Shown in pieces: positions 1-9,645 of a stretch of 38,319 nucleotides of DNA. The stretch lies in IMG/VR virus record IMGVR_UViG_3300025324_000023, positions 1-38,319 of that record. One strand, written 5' to 3'. Each line of letters starts with the position of its first letter. The first letter of the stretch is position 1. The position numbers and the translations under genes were made by a program. This DNA is from a virus. Taxonomy: Duplodnaviria > Caudoviricetes. The notes beneath the pieces were generated by a model. It did not search any database. It had not been told where the DNA came from and saw only the letters and a list, made by a program, of their open reading frames with translations.

Positions 1-155
1 CCCGTTGGAGCTGAGGCTTGAAAAAAAGCTGTTTTCGTACTTGTAGCCCAACCATTATCTTTTAAAAAATCATCATTCTCAGCCAAAGTATCAAGTTTCG
101 ATGCAAAGACAGGATCTTTATAAACGAAAGAACCGACTAAACTTGTATAAGACAA
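1..155 (-). CDS. Tail fibre/collar-like protein, N-terminal part only (runs off the window edge)
   Basis: Manual translation: GGAGGA SD then TTG at 155 gives MSYTSLVGSFVYKDPVFASKLDTLAENDDFLKDNGWATSTKTAFFQASAPTG. The FxQxxAPTG motif is typical of tail collar-like domains, and it follows the tail tip gene. Confidence 0.55.
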   Translation of the reverse strand, partial: MSYTSLVGSFVYKDPVFASKLDTLAENDDFLKDNGWATSTKTAFFQASAPT

Positions 156-197
156 ATTCTTCCTCCATTGGATCGTCGTCCATCGGACAATTGTCCG

Positions 198-1946
198 TTA
201 AAACATTCTATAATCCGGTGTTTCTGTTGCTGCGCTTCCAAAATAAGCGAAAAGTTTATCCATATCCGAGGCAGTATCATAATCATCAGACTGCGGACTT
301 AATCCGTCCCCCTCATCCGCCTCAGAACCGATAAATCCAAAAAGAATGTCTATGGAAGCATCTCTCCTAATCCTAAGATCGACTCCTTTAGGTTGACTAT
401 CGAGATTGATTCGAACAGTTGTGACTTCTCCTATTTCTTCTGAAAAATTATATTTCGTATCTGTTATTCTAACCAAATCACCGATCTCCGTTGTTATTGC
501 ATCAAGTCCCGTTGTGAGATCGATATTTAAAACAGGTTCGGAATATCGAGCTACCAATTTATTCGAGAAATCTTCCGCATGTGAACCTCCGGTTGAATAC
601 CAATGAGATTCAAATTCAAGACCGATTTCTTTATATTTCCCAATTGAAGTCGAATCTTTTTTTACATAGAGACCATCAAACTCAATATCTCCGTCTGAAA
701 AATTCCACGAATCTGTCTCCTTGAATTTTACGGATACTGCATTGATGATTTCATCGACACTTCGAATATAACCCAATAAACTTATTTTTCTGTGATCTCC
801 AAATTCTTTGCTTGGTATTCCAAAAGAAGGAACATAGGCCTTTATCTTGATACGACCATCCTTTCCTGAATAAAGAGAACCAAGAACATGGACCAATAAA
901 TTCTGAATGAATTCAATCGCATCCGTTTCATAAGGAATCATACCGGTCAAATCAAGTGTATTGATGGCATCAATCAAATCTATGAAAGTATCAAAAGAAT
1001 TATAATCGATAGTCACGTTGGCGTCGCTTTGCGTTCTATCAAAATCTAGAACGAAATCTGACCATGCTTCCTCTGTATCCGAATCCCAATTATAACCTGT
1101 CAGAATCGACCATATGATTTTCCCCATATTGAGAGTCGTCCATTCTGGGTATTGGTTTGTTGAAAATGTGATTGTATCGTCAATAACCCAATTTACACCG
1201 CCAGCCTTTATAGTAAATTTTATGCCACCTGCTCCCGTCCCTGTCGAAAATTCAGTTCCACTCGTCGCCGTTCCAACATTGCCGGAAACAGATCCAACGA
1301 CTGAAAAGGTGGCCGTTGAATCTCCTCCCCCTAACGTACAAGTTAACGTCCAATTTTCGTTTACTGTTTTAAAAGGGCGTGTCTTTATGACATTAATTGT
1401 TCCATTCCCCGTATTTGTCGATGTCACGACAGGAACTTCATCTGCTGGATGGGAATGGAGAATTTGATCCATAATACGCCACATAATATCACGACATCTA
1501 AAAGTAACAATAGATTCTTGATTGCCCATCACCAATTGATCAATATATCCCACAGCCTGAGTTTCGTATGATGTTGTTCCATCAGGAAGAATGAATCCGA
1601 GAGAGACTCTTATTCTTGCGCCATGGTATTGTTTATCTTCAAGGAAAGATCCAGCTACATATTCGGAGAAATTATCATCGTGATTGGCTAAAATAATATC
1701 GAAATTTCCAGCTTGTATTTCATCTGGCGCTCGTTCTTTGACTTGTTCAAAATTCGCGCCTGATAAATAATAATCAGTAATATCTGTTACCGTTCCGGTT
1801 ACTTCTATAAATTCTATTTTGATGATAGGTTTTGAATCTTGAAGTCGTCTTGCTTCGGTGTTGAAATGAAAAGGAGTATCGGTTCCATTGTTGAGGCGTG
1901 TAGAATTGAGACCAAAGGCATTTAGTTTGGCTGTCGAACCTGCCAT
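198..1946 (-). CDS. Tail tip / baseplate hub-like protein
   Basis: 582 aa, downstream of the tape measure gene. Beta-rich with an internal Gly/Thr-rich insert; the C-terminal 'EIGDLVRITD' segment is typical of hub proteins. Confidence 0.65.
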   Translation of the reverse strand: MAGSTAKLNAFGLNSTRLNNGTDTPFHFNTEARRLQDSKPIIKIEFIEVTGTVTDITDYYLSGANFEQVKERAPDEIQAGNFDIILANHDDNFSEYVAGSFLEDKQYHGARIRVSLGFILPDGTTSYETQAVGYIDQLVMGNQESIVTFRCRDIMWRIMDQILHSHPADEVPVVTSTNTGNGTINVIKTRPFKTVNENWTLTCTLGGGDSTATFSVVGSVSGNVGTATSGTEFSTGTGAGGIKFTIKAGGVNWVIDDTITFSTNQYPEWTTLNMGKIIWSILTGYNWDSDTEEAWSDFVLDFDRTQSDANVTIDYNSFDTFIDLIDAINTLDLTGMIPYETDAIEFIQNLLVHVLGSLYSGKDGRIKIKAYVPSFGIPSKEFGDHRKISLLGYIRSVDEIINAVSVKFKETDSWNFSDGDIEFDGLYVKKDSTSIGKYKEIGLEFESHWYSTGGSHAEDFSNKLVARYSEPVLNIDLTTGLDAITTEIGDLVRITDTKYNFSEEIGEVTTVRINLDSQPKGVDLRIRRDASIDILFGFIGSEADEGDGLSPQSDDYDTASDMDKLFAYFGSAATETPDYRMF

Positions 1947-1950
1947 GGCA

Positions 1951-3165
1951 TTAATTAGGAATCCTTAAAAGTTTATATCCAGCTCCTCCTGAATCAGAGA
2001 TCCCGACACTAACACGTTCCTGCGTCGCATTGTCGTTATCATAAACGAACATCCTCGTATTTCCGGCAACTGCATTATTATCAAATCCTCCTGCTAATAA
2101 ACCTGCGGCAGCAATATAAAATCCTCCCGTTGCTCCCAAATAAGCACCTGTGTCGAGATCATTAAAAAAAGCTAGACTTGGATTTGTTACCGTCCCATTT
2201 AATACAGCAAATCTAGCACTATCAATAAACGCTGGATTGGTTCCACCAGTCGCAAAACTGATACTATCACTTCCGCCATAGAGTCCTGTATTTAAGTCCG
2301 CACGAAAACTGATGCTGGGATTTGTCACTGTTCCTGCTGAAAAAGCGAACCTGGCATTATCGACAAAGGCTCTTTCTGCTCCGCCAGTTACAAAACTAAC
2401 ACTGTCCGTTCCTCCCACTAATCCTGAATTGGTATCTGAATTAAAAAATAATCCTGGATTGGTGACGGTTCCGACGGGAATCCCGAATCCAGTTGTTTTC
2501 CATTGTGTTATCAAAACACCGTTGACAGCCATGGCAGGATTTGAAACAGCAGGAAGATAGAATCCGGTTGCTGTATCAGTCACCCATGAATATGAAGGAT
2601 TTGTGACAGTACCGGCGACATTTTGGATACCAGTGCTGCTTGATCCAACCCATGCACCATTAGCGTCGAGTTGCCATCGTAACAAAGCATTGGTTGAAAA
2701 ATTTATTGTATTGGCTACAGTTCGAGAAAGTCCCGAATCTAAATCATTGGCCCAAGAATAAGCGGGCGCACTTACGGTTCCATTAACTGCTTTTAATTGT
2801 GTTGCCCCGAGTCCGATTCGATCACTCAAATTTTGAGCAATAGCAATCATTTCTTCAACACTTCTATTGTGATGGTTGGCAATCCAATAATGATTGACTG
2901 CGTCATTATCGGAATGGGTTGATGCAGTTGTGCTATCCGCCCCACGCGTGCAACCTGTAAATGAAGTAGCCGTTTTCCCAGTGTATGAAACGGCTTCCGT
3001 TCCTATTGTGATATAACCAGTAGTAGGGAAACTGCCCGCATCATCCACATTAATAGTTGTATTTGAAGTTCCAATATCTCCATCAAGAAGAGTGGAAAGG
3101 TTATTGACAAGATTGCCGTAAAGTTGAGCCGTCGTCGGAACCGTAGTAGGAAATGATGCTGCCAC
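1951..3165 (-). CDS. Tail fibre/spike-like repeat protein
   Basis: 404 aa, GTG start. N-terminal 'TINVDDAGSFPTTGYITIGTE..YTGKT..SFTGCTRG' structural domain, then five GTV(T/S)(N/A)P..(F/W)..D..(S/T)G repeats. Confidence 0.65.
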   Translation of the reverse strand: MAASFPTTVPTTAQLYGNLVNNLSTLLDGDIGTSNTTINVDDAGSFPTTGYITIGTEAVSYTGKTATSFTGCTRGADSTTASTHSDNDAVNHYWIANHHNRSVEEMIAIAQNLSDRIGLGATQLKAVNGTVSAPAYSWANDLDSGLSRTVANTINFSTNALLRWQLDANGAWVGSSSTGIQNVAGTVTNPSYSWVTDTATGFYLPAVSNPAMAVNGVLITQWKTTGFGIPVGTVTNPGLFFNSDTNSGLVGGTDSVSFVTGGAERAFVDNARFAFSAGTVTNPSISFRADLNTGLYGGSDSISFATGGTNPAFIDSARFAVLNGTVTNPSLAFFNDLDTGAYLGATGGFYIAAAGLLAGGFDNNAVAGNTRMFVYDNDNATQERVSVGISDSGGAGYKLLRIPN

Positions 3166-3167
3166 AA

Positions 3168-3863
3168 TTACACCTCCGTGAAAGAAAGTCTGCCCTCATA
3201 AAGATCGGGTCTTCCTGCTGCAACCATCGTCATATCTGGATCTTTTTCAAATTGAACCTTCCAAATATTTTGAACCGTATCAGTTTTATTTGATTTGTAT
3301 GTAGCCAAGAAAAATGTTTTTATTTCCTCATTGAATCTTTTTAGAGCATTGAATTGATTGATCAAGATATAATGATTTCTGCTTAAGTCCATTTCAATCC
3401 TTCCCTTGACTGTGAGATATTCTGATAAAAGAGTGCCCAGCCGATTGCGGGTTGTTAGTCTCTGCATTTTCTCGTTTGTAACTTTATAAAGCGGGAATAA
3501 ATCGAATGTGTATATATCAGTTAATGCATCAGGATCAATCAAAGCCCATGTATCCGAACTCAGGGTAATATCCGTGCTTCCTGCCGTATTAAGCCAATAA
3601 GAACCCACTTCCTGCCATTCACTCCATGTCGATCCCGCATCTGTTGAATATCTCCACCGCCAATAACGCTTTCTATCATTCGTCCCTGAATCAGTGAATG
3701 TTTTTGTTGAAGCGGCTAACGTTGCATCATTTTGTTGAAGTGTCGCTGAAAAATCAGGTTTATCGACGGACACCTGTAGATGATATAGATTTGCGCCGGA
3801 AACATCGGCCCAATCAAGAGTGATCGAAGTATCATTTGAATAAACGGAATTTGTAGCTGACAT
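3168..3863 (-). CDS. Distal tail-like protein with N-terminal FN3/Ig-like domain
   Basis: Immediately after the tape measure gene; 'ITLDWADVSGANLYHLQVS...YWRWR....WSEW' resembles FN3. Confidence 0.55.
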   Translation of the reverse strand: MSATNSVYSNDTSITLDWADVSGANLYHLQVSVDKPDFSATLQQNDATLAASTKTFTDSGTNDRKRYWRWRYSTDAGSTWSEWQEVGSYWLNTAGSTDITLSSDTWALIDPDALTDIYTFDLFPLYKVTNEKMQRLTTRNRLGTLLSEYLTVKGRIEMDLSRNHYILINQFNALKRFNEEIKTFFLATYKSNKTDTVQNIWKVQFEKDPDMTMVAAGRPDLYEGRLSFTEV

Positions 3864-3864
3864 G

Positions 3865-5988
3865 TTATGCGGCTCCCCGTCTTCTTATAAATGGACCGGT
3901 AGGATTTGTCATGGTGTATCGTTGGATTTCAGGAACGATCCGTTGACGGATGAGTTTTTGCCATTTGCTTTCATTCCCTTCGATAAATTGACCGGTAATA
4001 TTTACATTTATATTGATTGAACTATTCTCAGCCCCAGCAAAAGCAGGAGATAATCCACCGGTTCCACCCGGATTAAAGGGACGAAGACCGCCTTGCCCAA
4101 CAGGCTGAATAACCTCAGGGCCGGCTTCACCTGCAATTCCTCTTGCCCCGGATCTCATCCCGACCAAAAGAGTCGGCTCAGAAATAATTCCGCCATGCTG
4201 AAATCGTCTTAAAAATCCACCGGCTCCACCGGTAAGAGCCATGAAAACCAACCATCTCGCCGTCATTTCGACGATAGCCGCTATGACGGCCCTTAAAAGA
4301 TCTTTCCATATGTTTTTCATTATTTCGGAAAATCGCTTTCCTTCAACAATCATTTTGGCAACACCATTGCTAAATTGGGTGAAAACCTGATCGCTCACAC
4401 CCTTCGCTATATTGCCCCAATTTTGTTCTTGCAAATTTAAAAAATCATATGTTTTTTGCGCAATCTGAGTCCGTTGGCGTGCCTCTTCTTGGCCAGCGGC
4501 TAATCGAATATTTACCCCTTGTTGATAAAGTGTTAAATGTTCTTCCTCCATTTTTCGCATGTCCGAATCAGTTTGTACAGCTACTCCTTTCATACCCTCC
4601 ATAGCTTCCTGGAAAGAAGTTTTCACACCATCTATCATTAACGTGAAATTGGAGCCCATTCTCCCGAATGCTTCCCTTATTTGAGTGACCGCCGTTCCGC
4701 CTGTCGAGACAATATTGGATAATGCCGTCTTCCAAGAATTTGGAAGAAACATCGAAACTTTTTCAACAATCCAATTAACAACGTAGATCATTTTTTCGAA
4801 TAGAAAAGAGATGACGGTACTAAGATCATTGCTGAGATTATGGGATTTCGAAAAAAGCTCCGTGAAGAATTCGCTTATTAAACCACCTAAAGAAAATATT
4901 GAATTCGGCAAAACGATCATTACGAAATCGCCTATGGCTTTAAAGACAGGAATGATCGCATTCCATGAAGCGATAAGTGCATCTCGAACGCCCATAAAGT
5001 TTGTTGCAATTCCGACAATGGCTGCGATAAAGACGCCGATGATGGCAACTGTTGCGCCAATCCATGAAAAGATAGTTCCGAAAAAAGCGATGAAGGCTCC
5101 CTTGAAAGCCAGGATGCCACCAATACTGGCTAATAAACCGGATAATCCAGCGATAAGACCGCCTACAAAAACGATGGCCTTCTGAACCTGCGGACTGATA
5201 GAAGATAGAAAGATCGTAAATTTATTCGTCAATTCAATCAGCCAGTTCAGTAATTGACCGGCACTTCCAGCCAACATTTTTCCAATCTCTTCCTGGAGAT
5301 CGCTTATCGCATTTTTAAATCCGGTAAATTGGCCGAGTGTCGTCTGGCGTTGAGCCTGAGCTTGGCCGCCGAACATCTCGTGCATCTTTTTCGAAGCAGC
5401 GGCAAATTTTTCTGTTTTCGATAATCCCTCATCGATAATAATTCCATACCGGCTCAACATGCTCGTCTCTCCAACAAAAGCTTTTCCGACGAGAGTGGCC
5501 GCCGAATTCAAATCAATTCCCTTGGCTGCTGCCAGATCCAGAGTCAAACGGGTTGATTCTTTAAGAGCCTCCCCCGTCAAACCAAATGCGGCAAGCTGGG
5601 CTTGAGAACTTATAATTTGCTCGTCTGCGAATGATGTAACGGCCTGTAAACTTGTTGCATAATCAGACAAATTCTTCACAACCGATCCGCTCGTAATCCC
5701 TTGATTACGAAGAGCCTGGGTTAGTTTTGTTACCGCCAATTCCTGCTCTCCAAAATTCTTAAGCGATGTAACAGCAAGCGCGGAAAAAGATGCAAAAACA
5801 CCGGCAAAGATGAATTTGGATTGTTCGATTTGTTTACCGAGGTTGGCAAAACTAGATTTAATCCCGTCAACCGATTCAGATCCTTTTTTTCCGAAAGAAC
5901 TGACCTGTTTCAGTGCATTGGTCAATCCTTTTTGGAGGCCTTCCAGGTTGGCTTTTAAATTTATGACTAGTTCATTATCATCGGCCAT
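3865..5988 (-). CDS. Tail tape measure protein
   Basis: 707 aa, Ala/Gly/Leu-rich and helical, with a central hydrophobic segment and a C-terminal 'FQHGGII...GEAGPEVIQP' motif; follows the chaperone genes. Confidence 0.9.
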   Translation of the reverse strand: MADDNELVINLKANLEGLQKGLTNALKQVSSFGKKGSESVDGIKSSFANLGKQIEQSKFIFAGVFASFSALAVTSLKNFGEQELAVTKLTQALRNQGITSGSVVKNLSDYATSLQAVTSFADEQIISSQAQLAAFGLTGEALKESTRLTLDLAAAKGIDLNSAATLVGKAFVGETSMLSRYGIIIDEGLSKTEKFAAASKKMHEMFGGQAQAQRQTTLGQFTGFKNAISDLQEEIGKMLAGSAGQLLNWLIELTNKFTIFLSSISPQVQKAIVFVGGLIAGLSGLLASIGGILAFKGAFIAFFGTIFSWIGATVAIIGVFIAAIVGIATNFMGVRDALIASWNAIIPVFKAIGDFVMIVLPNSIFSLGGLISEFFTELFSKSHNLSNDLSTVISFLFEKMIYVVNWIVEKVSMFLPNSWKTALSNIVSTGGTAVTQIREAFGRMGSNFTLMIDGVKTSFQEAMEGMKGVAVQTDSDMRKMEEEHLTLYQQGVNIRLAAGQEEARQRTQIAQKTYDFLNLQEQNWGNIAKGVSDQVFTQFSNGVAKMIVEGKRFSEIMKNIWKDLLRAVIAAIVEMTARWLVFMALTGGAGGFLRRFQHGGIISEPTLLVGMRSGARGIAGEAGPEVIQPVGQGGLRPFNPGGTGGLSPAFAGAENSSININVNITGQFIEGNESKWQKLIRQRIVPEIQRYTMTNPTGPFIRRRGAA

Positions 5989-6320
5989 TAAAGAATCCTT
6001 TTCCCGGTCCGGCGTGAAATTATCTTCGAGATCTTATTCCCTGTATCTTTAAATGCATACCTTGATGTGTTGGTGGATGCGGCGATGGGGGATTGAATTG
6101 CTAATTTACCGATATCGGCGTTGGCGCCAATCGAGCGGAAAAATTCACAAACTAGAATATTGAGCGGTGGATAATAACGAATCTCCTCCAATAGTGACAG
6201 AAATTCATTGGCGGTTAAAGAATCAATCTGATCCAGCGTCCATCCATAGGCTGAGCTGAAAATATTATAAGCCTTGGCCCATTCTTTTGTTAATTCTGTC
6301 CGCTCGATTGTTTTGTCCCC
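5988..6320 (-). CDS. Tail assembly chaperone, gpT-like C-terminal frame (probably expressed by -1 frameshift)
   Basis: The frame is open from 6320 and reads GDKTIERTELTKEWAKAYNIFSSAYGWTLDQIDSLTANEFLSLLEE.... There is no ATG/GTG, and the first TTG (6191) lies downstream of the conserved-looking YGWT motif. It overlaps the end of the upstream chaperone in the -1 frame. Confidence 0.65.
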   Translation of the reverse strand, partial: GDKTIERTELTKEWAKAYNIFSSAYGWTLDQIDSLTANEFLSLLEEIRYYPPLNILVCEFFRSIGANADIGKLAIQSPIAASTNTSRYAFKDTGNKISKIISRRTGKRIL

Positions 6321-6661
6321 TTAAGCACGATATTCTTCAGAACGGGAAAAATGTCCTGGAGATTATTGATGACAATAGATTCTTCCAACATGGCCCGATA
6401 ATCGACGAAGAGAATTTCTTTACTGTAAAACTCCTCTGTCAAGAAATCGAAATTAGGGCCGGGAAATAATATCCGAAGTATTTCATGCCCCTTGGAGAGA
6501 ATCGTATCACCAAGAGAAGTGAATGATGAATTCGTGTCTATCGCTTTAAACTCAGTCATCGAACGATCTAGCAATTCCGTTATCTGCCGGATTGCCCCCA
6601 TTTTAAGACGAGGCATTTCATATTCATGCTCACCCAATTTGAAACGTTTTATTTCAGCCAT
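6290..6661 (-). CDS. Tail assembly chaperone (gpG-like)
   Basis: 123 aa, between the tail tube and tape measure genes; GGAG SD. Confidence 0.75.
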   Translation of the reverse strand: MAEIKRFKLGEHEYEMPRLKMGAIRQITELLDRSMTEFKAIDTNSSFTSLGDTILSKGHEILRILFPGPNFDFLTEEFYSKEILFVDYRAMLEESIVINNLQDIFPVLKNIVLKGTKQSSGQN

Positions 6662-6681
6662 GTTTTCTCCCTGGTATTTTT

Positions 6682-7446
6682 TTATGCTTCCCGAATTAGT
6701 TTAAACAAGGATCTTCCTTCCGGCAGAGTTGTATCGCCAAGCGCGGAAAATGTGATCTGGTATTGCGTATATTCATTCATTGCGAAAGGAATTTCGAGGC
6801 CGCCATTAATCGTCGCTCGCGGCATTTCAATGGTGATAAATTTCCCGGACTGAGGTTCCTTGAATGTGTATTTCAGATCAACAATCTGAAGTGTGAATTT
6901 ATCGCCAACTCTCATGATCGTCGCGCTGGCATCTTTGTAATCATAAGCCGCCCTTACCCATTTGCTTCTGAAGCTCGCAGACTTTGGGGCTAAATGTTGG
7001 GCTATGCTTGACGAGTAATGTGTTCCCTTTACGAGAACCGCCGATTCATCCAATTCCGTAACAACGACGCTTGTCATCGAAACCGGCAATCGGCTTAAGG
7101 TGACTTCCGTTGTCGTCGAGGCCCCGAGCTGGATTTCTTCCCAGACGCGGAGTGTCGATGTAAGCGTGAGCTGTGTTGTCGATATGGATTGACCGAGAGC
7201 AGCAATGAGTTGGCGTATTTTGAAATCGCAAACACTTCCAGTCAAACTCGCTTTCTCGCTGATTTTATCTCTCCTTACCATCGTCAATTTATTTCCCGGC
7301 TGCTGTTCCGCAAATTCGATTTCATGATTGAATGTGACAGTCCCCTTTAACGATCCAACTTCGCGATATTTTCCACTAACATCATCTACCCTTTTAAAAA
7401 ATAGTTTACCCTGGCCGATAAGCAAATTATTCGCCTGAACTGACAT
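6682..7446 (-). CDS. Major tail (tube) protein
   Basis: 254 aa; 'LLIGQGKLFFK...VGSLKGTVTF' N-terminus and 'YQITFSALGD' C-terminus; strong AAGGAGG SD; precedes the chaperones; has a Ser/Thr-rich internal insertion. Confidence 0.8.
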   Translation of the reverse strand: MSVQANNLLIGQGKLFFKRVDDVSGKYREVGSLKGTVTFNHEIEFAEQQPGNKLTMVRRDKISEKASLTGSVCDFKIRQLIAALGQSISTTQLTLTSTLRVWEEIQLGASTTTEVTLSRLPVSMTSVVVTELDESAVLVKGTHYSSSIAQHLAPKSASFRSKWVRAAYDYKDASATIMRVGDKFTLQIVDLKYTFKEPQSGKFITIEMPRATINGGLEIPFAMNEYTQYQITFSALGDTTLPEGRSLFKLIREA

Positions 7447-7459
7447 AAGCTATTCCTCC

Positions 7460-8719
7460 TTAGATGGAATTAATTTTCCTACGGGCCTCGACATATCGAT
7501 CCCCAGTTTTTGGTTTCAAATTCTCAATAACGTCTTGAAATTTGATGTTGGGAATTTCTTCTAAAATTCCGCCTTCCGTTGAATTGATAATGTCAAAGCC
7601 TCGTTTGTTACGTAAATCGTAAAGTGTTTCTCTGTATTGAAGAAAAGGGACATACGTTTCATTATCTCCGACTTTCACTCTTCCTGTTCTCTCGAATAAC
7701 ATTTTTTCGTGATCATCTCGTATCTCGCGAACACTCCCGTCCTTCTCGATCTCGAACCGTTGTGCGTGCATTCGCCCGCCCGTATAGGCATAATCATGGC
7801 CAATCATAACGATAGGGCTGAGTCCGATATAATCGGCGAACAGGACACTCGAATTCCCGACATTCCCGGAATTTATAATCCCATGGAGATCAGGGAAAAG
7901 AGCAGGTAGAATCTTGTCCATAAACTGGACCCCGTAGTGGATCATGTTGTAATAGAAAATGGGCCCTTTCCAATGCTTTGATATTTCAGGATCAGACGAC
8001 GAGTTGAGAATCAATTTCGTGTGAAATCCATAGGGGACTCTCAGCATATCGGAGATAATATTCGGATGGCAATCAACGCTAATCACGAAATCGGGAATTA
8101 TATTTCTCGCCAAAAGCATCTTGAAAGACTTATCCGTCGAGATCACAATACCGGGGAATTCGTGGACGAGATGCACATTCGCATCCAGACTCGGGCCCGC
8201 GCCCACGCAAAGGGCCGGAATATCATGATTTAAAAGACCCTGTAATTCCTGTATTTTCCTTCCGTTTTTTATCTCATCATAATGGGCAACGATGTTTTTG
8301 ATATAGAGTCCAACCCAGTCATTCAGATAATCTTCACTGGCATAGTCGCGCTGGACAATCGGCCTTGTCACCCCATATTCGATATGACATCCAAGAGCCT
8401 CAAGTTTCTTAACCTGAGTCTCGAATTCATTGTGTTTTGTAATGGCGACCTTGAATTTTAGGTCATCCAATTCATGTTTCTGGACGTTCAGCACGTCATA
8501 GACTTTTCCGTCGGAGAAAATACGATCTTCCTTTTTAAATTCATTCGGTGATCCATTGAGGGCGAAAAGAATTGTTCCATTCTCGTTATCAATAATATCG
8601 GCTTCGTCATTGGAAAAAAAAGCGTATATCTCGCGAAATTCGTTCATGATCCGTTTTCTCTGTTTTCGATGAATCTCTATTTTCGTCTTTAGATGTTCGT
8701 CTTTAAGAGATAATGTCAT
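7460..8719 (-). CDS. Maf/DUF115 (MptE-like) family putative nonulosonate glycosyltransferase 3, with an extra N-terminal domain
   Basis: Motifs VGAGPSL, ISTD...L...IIPDFVISVD, SGNV, IVMIGHDYAY, INSTEGG. Confidence 0.8.
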   Translation of the reverse strand: MTLSLKDEHLKTKIEIHRKQRKRIMNEFREIYAFFSNDEADIIDNENGTILFALNGSPNEFKKEDRIFSDGKVYDVLNVQKHELDDLKFKVAITKHNEFETQVKKLEALGCHIEYGVTRPIVQRDYASEDYLNDWVGLYIKNIVAHYDEIKNGRKIQELQGLLNHDIPALCVGAGPSLDANVHLVHEFPGIVISTDKSFKMLLARNIIPDFVISVDCHPNIISDMLRVPYGFHTKLILNSSSDPEISKHWKGPIFYYNMIHYGVQFMDKILPALFPDLHGIINSGNVGNSSVLFADYIGLSPIVMIGHDYAYTGGRMHAQRFEIEKDGSVREIRDDHEKMLFERTGRVKVGDNETYVPFLQYRETLYDLRNKRGFDIINSTEGGILEEIPNIKFQDVIENLKPKTGDRYVEARRKINSI

Positions 8720-9176
8720 CGTCCCTCACCCACGCGCGATAAGATTTTGTTTGAAACCATACTTGCCAATCATCATCGAATGTCGGCGGCCTTTCTGAAT
8801 CCAAAAGGAGTTGATGAAGTTCCGCCTGGCTCGTCGGTTTGGTTACATTATTGAGAAGATAAAGACGTTTTTTTATCCTTCGATGGATATCTTCCAGCGT
8901 ATCAAGAGATCGATGATAGGCCGTAATATCATAGAGATCTTCGCTGATGATCGTCGATTTCGAATGGACAGTCTTATCCGGCGTTCCAGAAACGAAATTG
9001 TAGACAACGATTCCCTTATTCCCGGAGGCTGGAGAAAAATCAAAATTATCTGGGAAAAAAGCATGGTAAACATTATACGGTGTTGTCGTTGTATTTCCCA
9101 ATAGGGCCCTGATTCCGACGGTCGCCTCCGAATCGTCGCGAAGAGCTAAATATATGGCCGAATCTATCTTTTCCAT
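8703..9176 (-). CDS. Tail terminator/completion protein
   Basis: 157 aa, 'AIYLALRDD....IRALLG....VY' N-terminus; lies between the neck and tail tube genes. Confidence 0.65.
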   Translation of the reverse strand: MEKIDSAIYLALRDDSEATVGIRALLGNTTTTPYNVYHAFFPDNFDFSPASGNKGIVVYNFVSGTPDKTVHSKSTIISEDLYDITAYHRSLDTLEDIHRRIKKRLYLLNNVTKPTSQAELHQLLLDSERPPTFDDDWQVWFQTKSYRAWVRDDDIIS

Positions 9177-9177
9177 T

Positions 9178-9645
9178 TTAAAAAATAAGCTTCAGTTCTT
9201 TATTTAATTTCTGAACTATCTCCGGTTTTTTCGCTTCGAGAGCTGGTCGCATAAACGGGAAGGCCCGTCTTCCAGGGCCACCGAATTCAATATCGTTCGC
9301 ATATTCAACACCGGCAACTACCTGAAGAATGATTTCATCATCTTCTATTTTCACCTCCCGTTCCTGAATGTTATCCCTGAGATTGCTTGTCCTGACTTTA
9401 AACCGTAATGTCCCATCTGGATTTTTAAATTTGAATTCACCTTTCTCGGCTTTGGCAGCTGCTCCTTTTCCGGTCCCGACGAAGAAATGACGTTGCTTCG
9501 CATGTTTCGCAATCTCAGCCTCTCCCCAATCCATCACCTTCATAAACATGGTCGCTGTTTTTTTAACGTCATTAGCAAATGATTTTCTCAGTAAATCCAA
9601 TGTTTCTTTATCAAGCTCAAGAGTGAAATCGAGTTCTTTAGCCAT
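9178..9645 (-). CDS. HK97 gp10-like neck/tail completion protein
   Basis: Motifs 'RTSNLRDNI', 'VEYANDIEFG', 'FPFMRPALE'. Confidence 0.8.
   Translation of the reverse strand: MAKELDFTLELDKETLDLLRKSFANDVKKTATMFMKVMDWGEAEIAKHAKQRHFFVGTGKGAAAKAEKGEFKFKNPDGTLRFKVRTSNLRDNIQEREVKIEDDEIILQVVAGVEYANDIEFGGPGRRAFPFMRPALEAKKPEIVQKLNKELKLIF

Noticed and set aside
184-197. Perfect 14-bp palindrome CGGACAATTGTCCG between tail genes
   Set aside because: Single copy with no loop or U tract; no function can be supported.
6343-6352. ATT TTT CCC as the chaperone slippery site
   Set aside because: A -1 shift here meets TAA at 6321-6323 before reaching the gpT-like frame.
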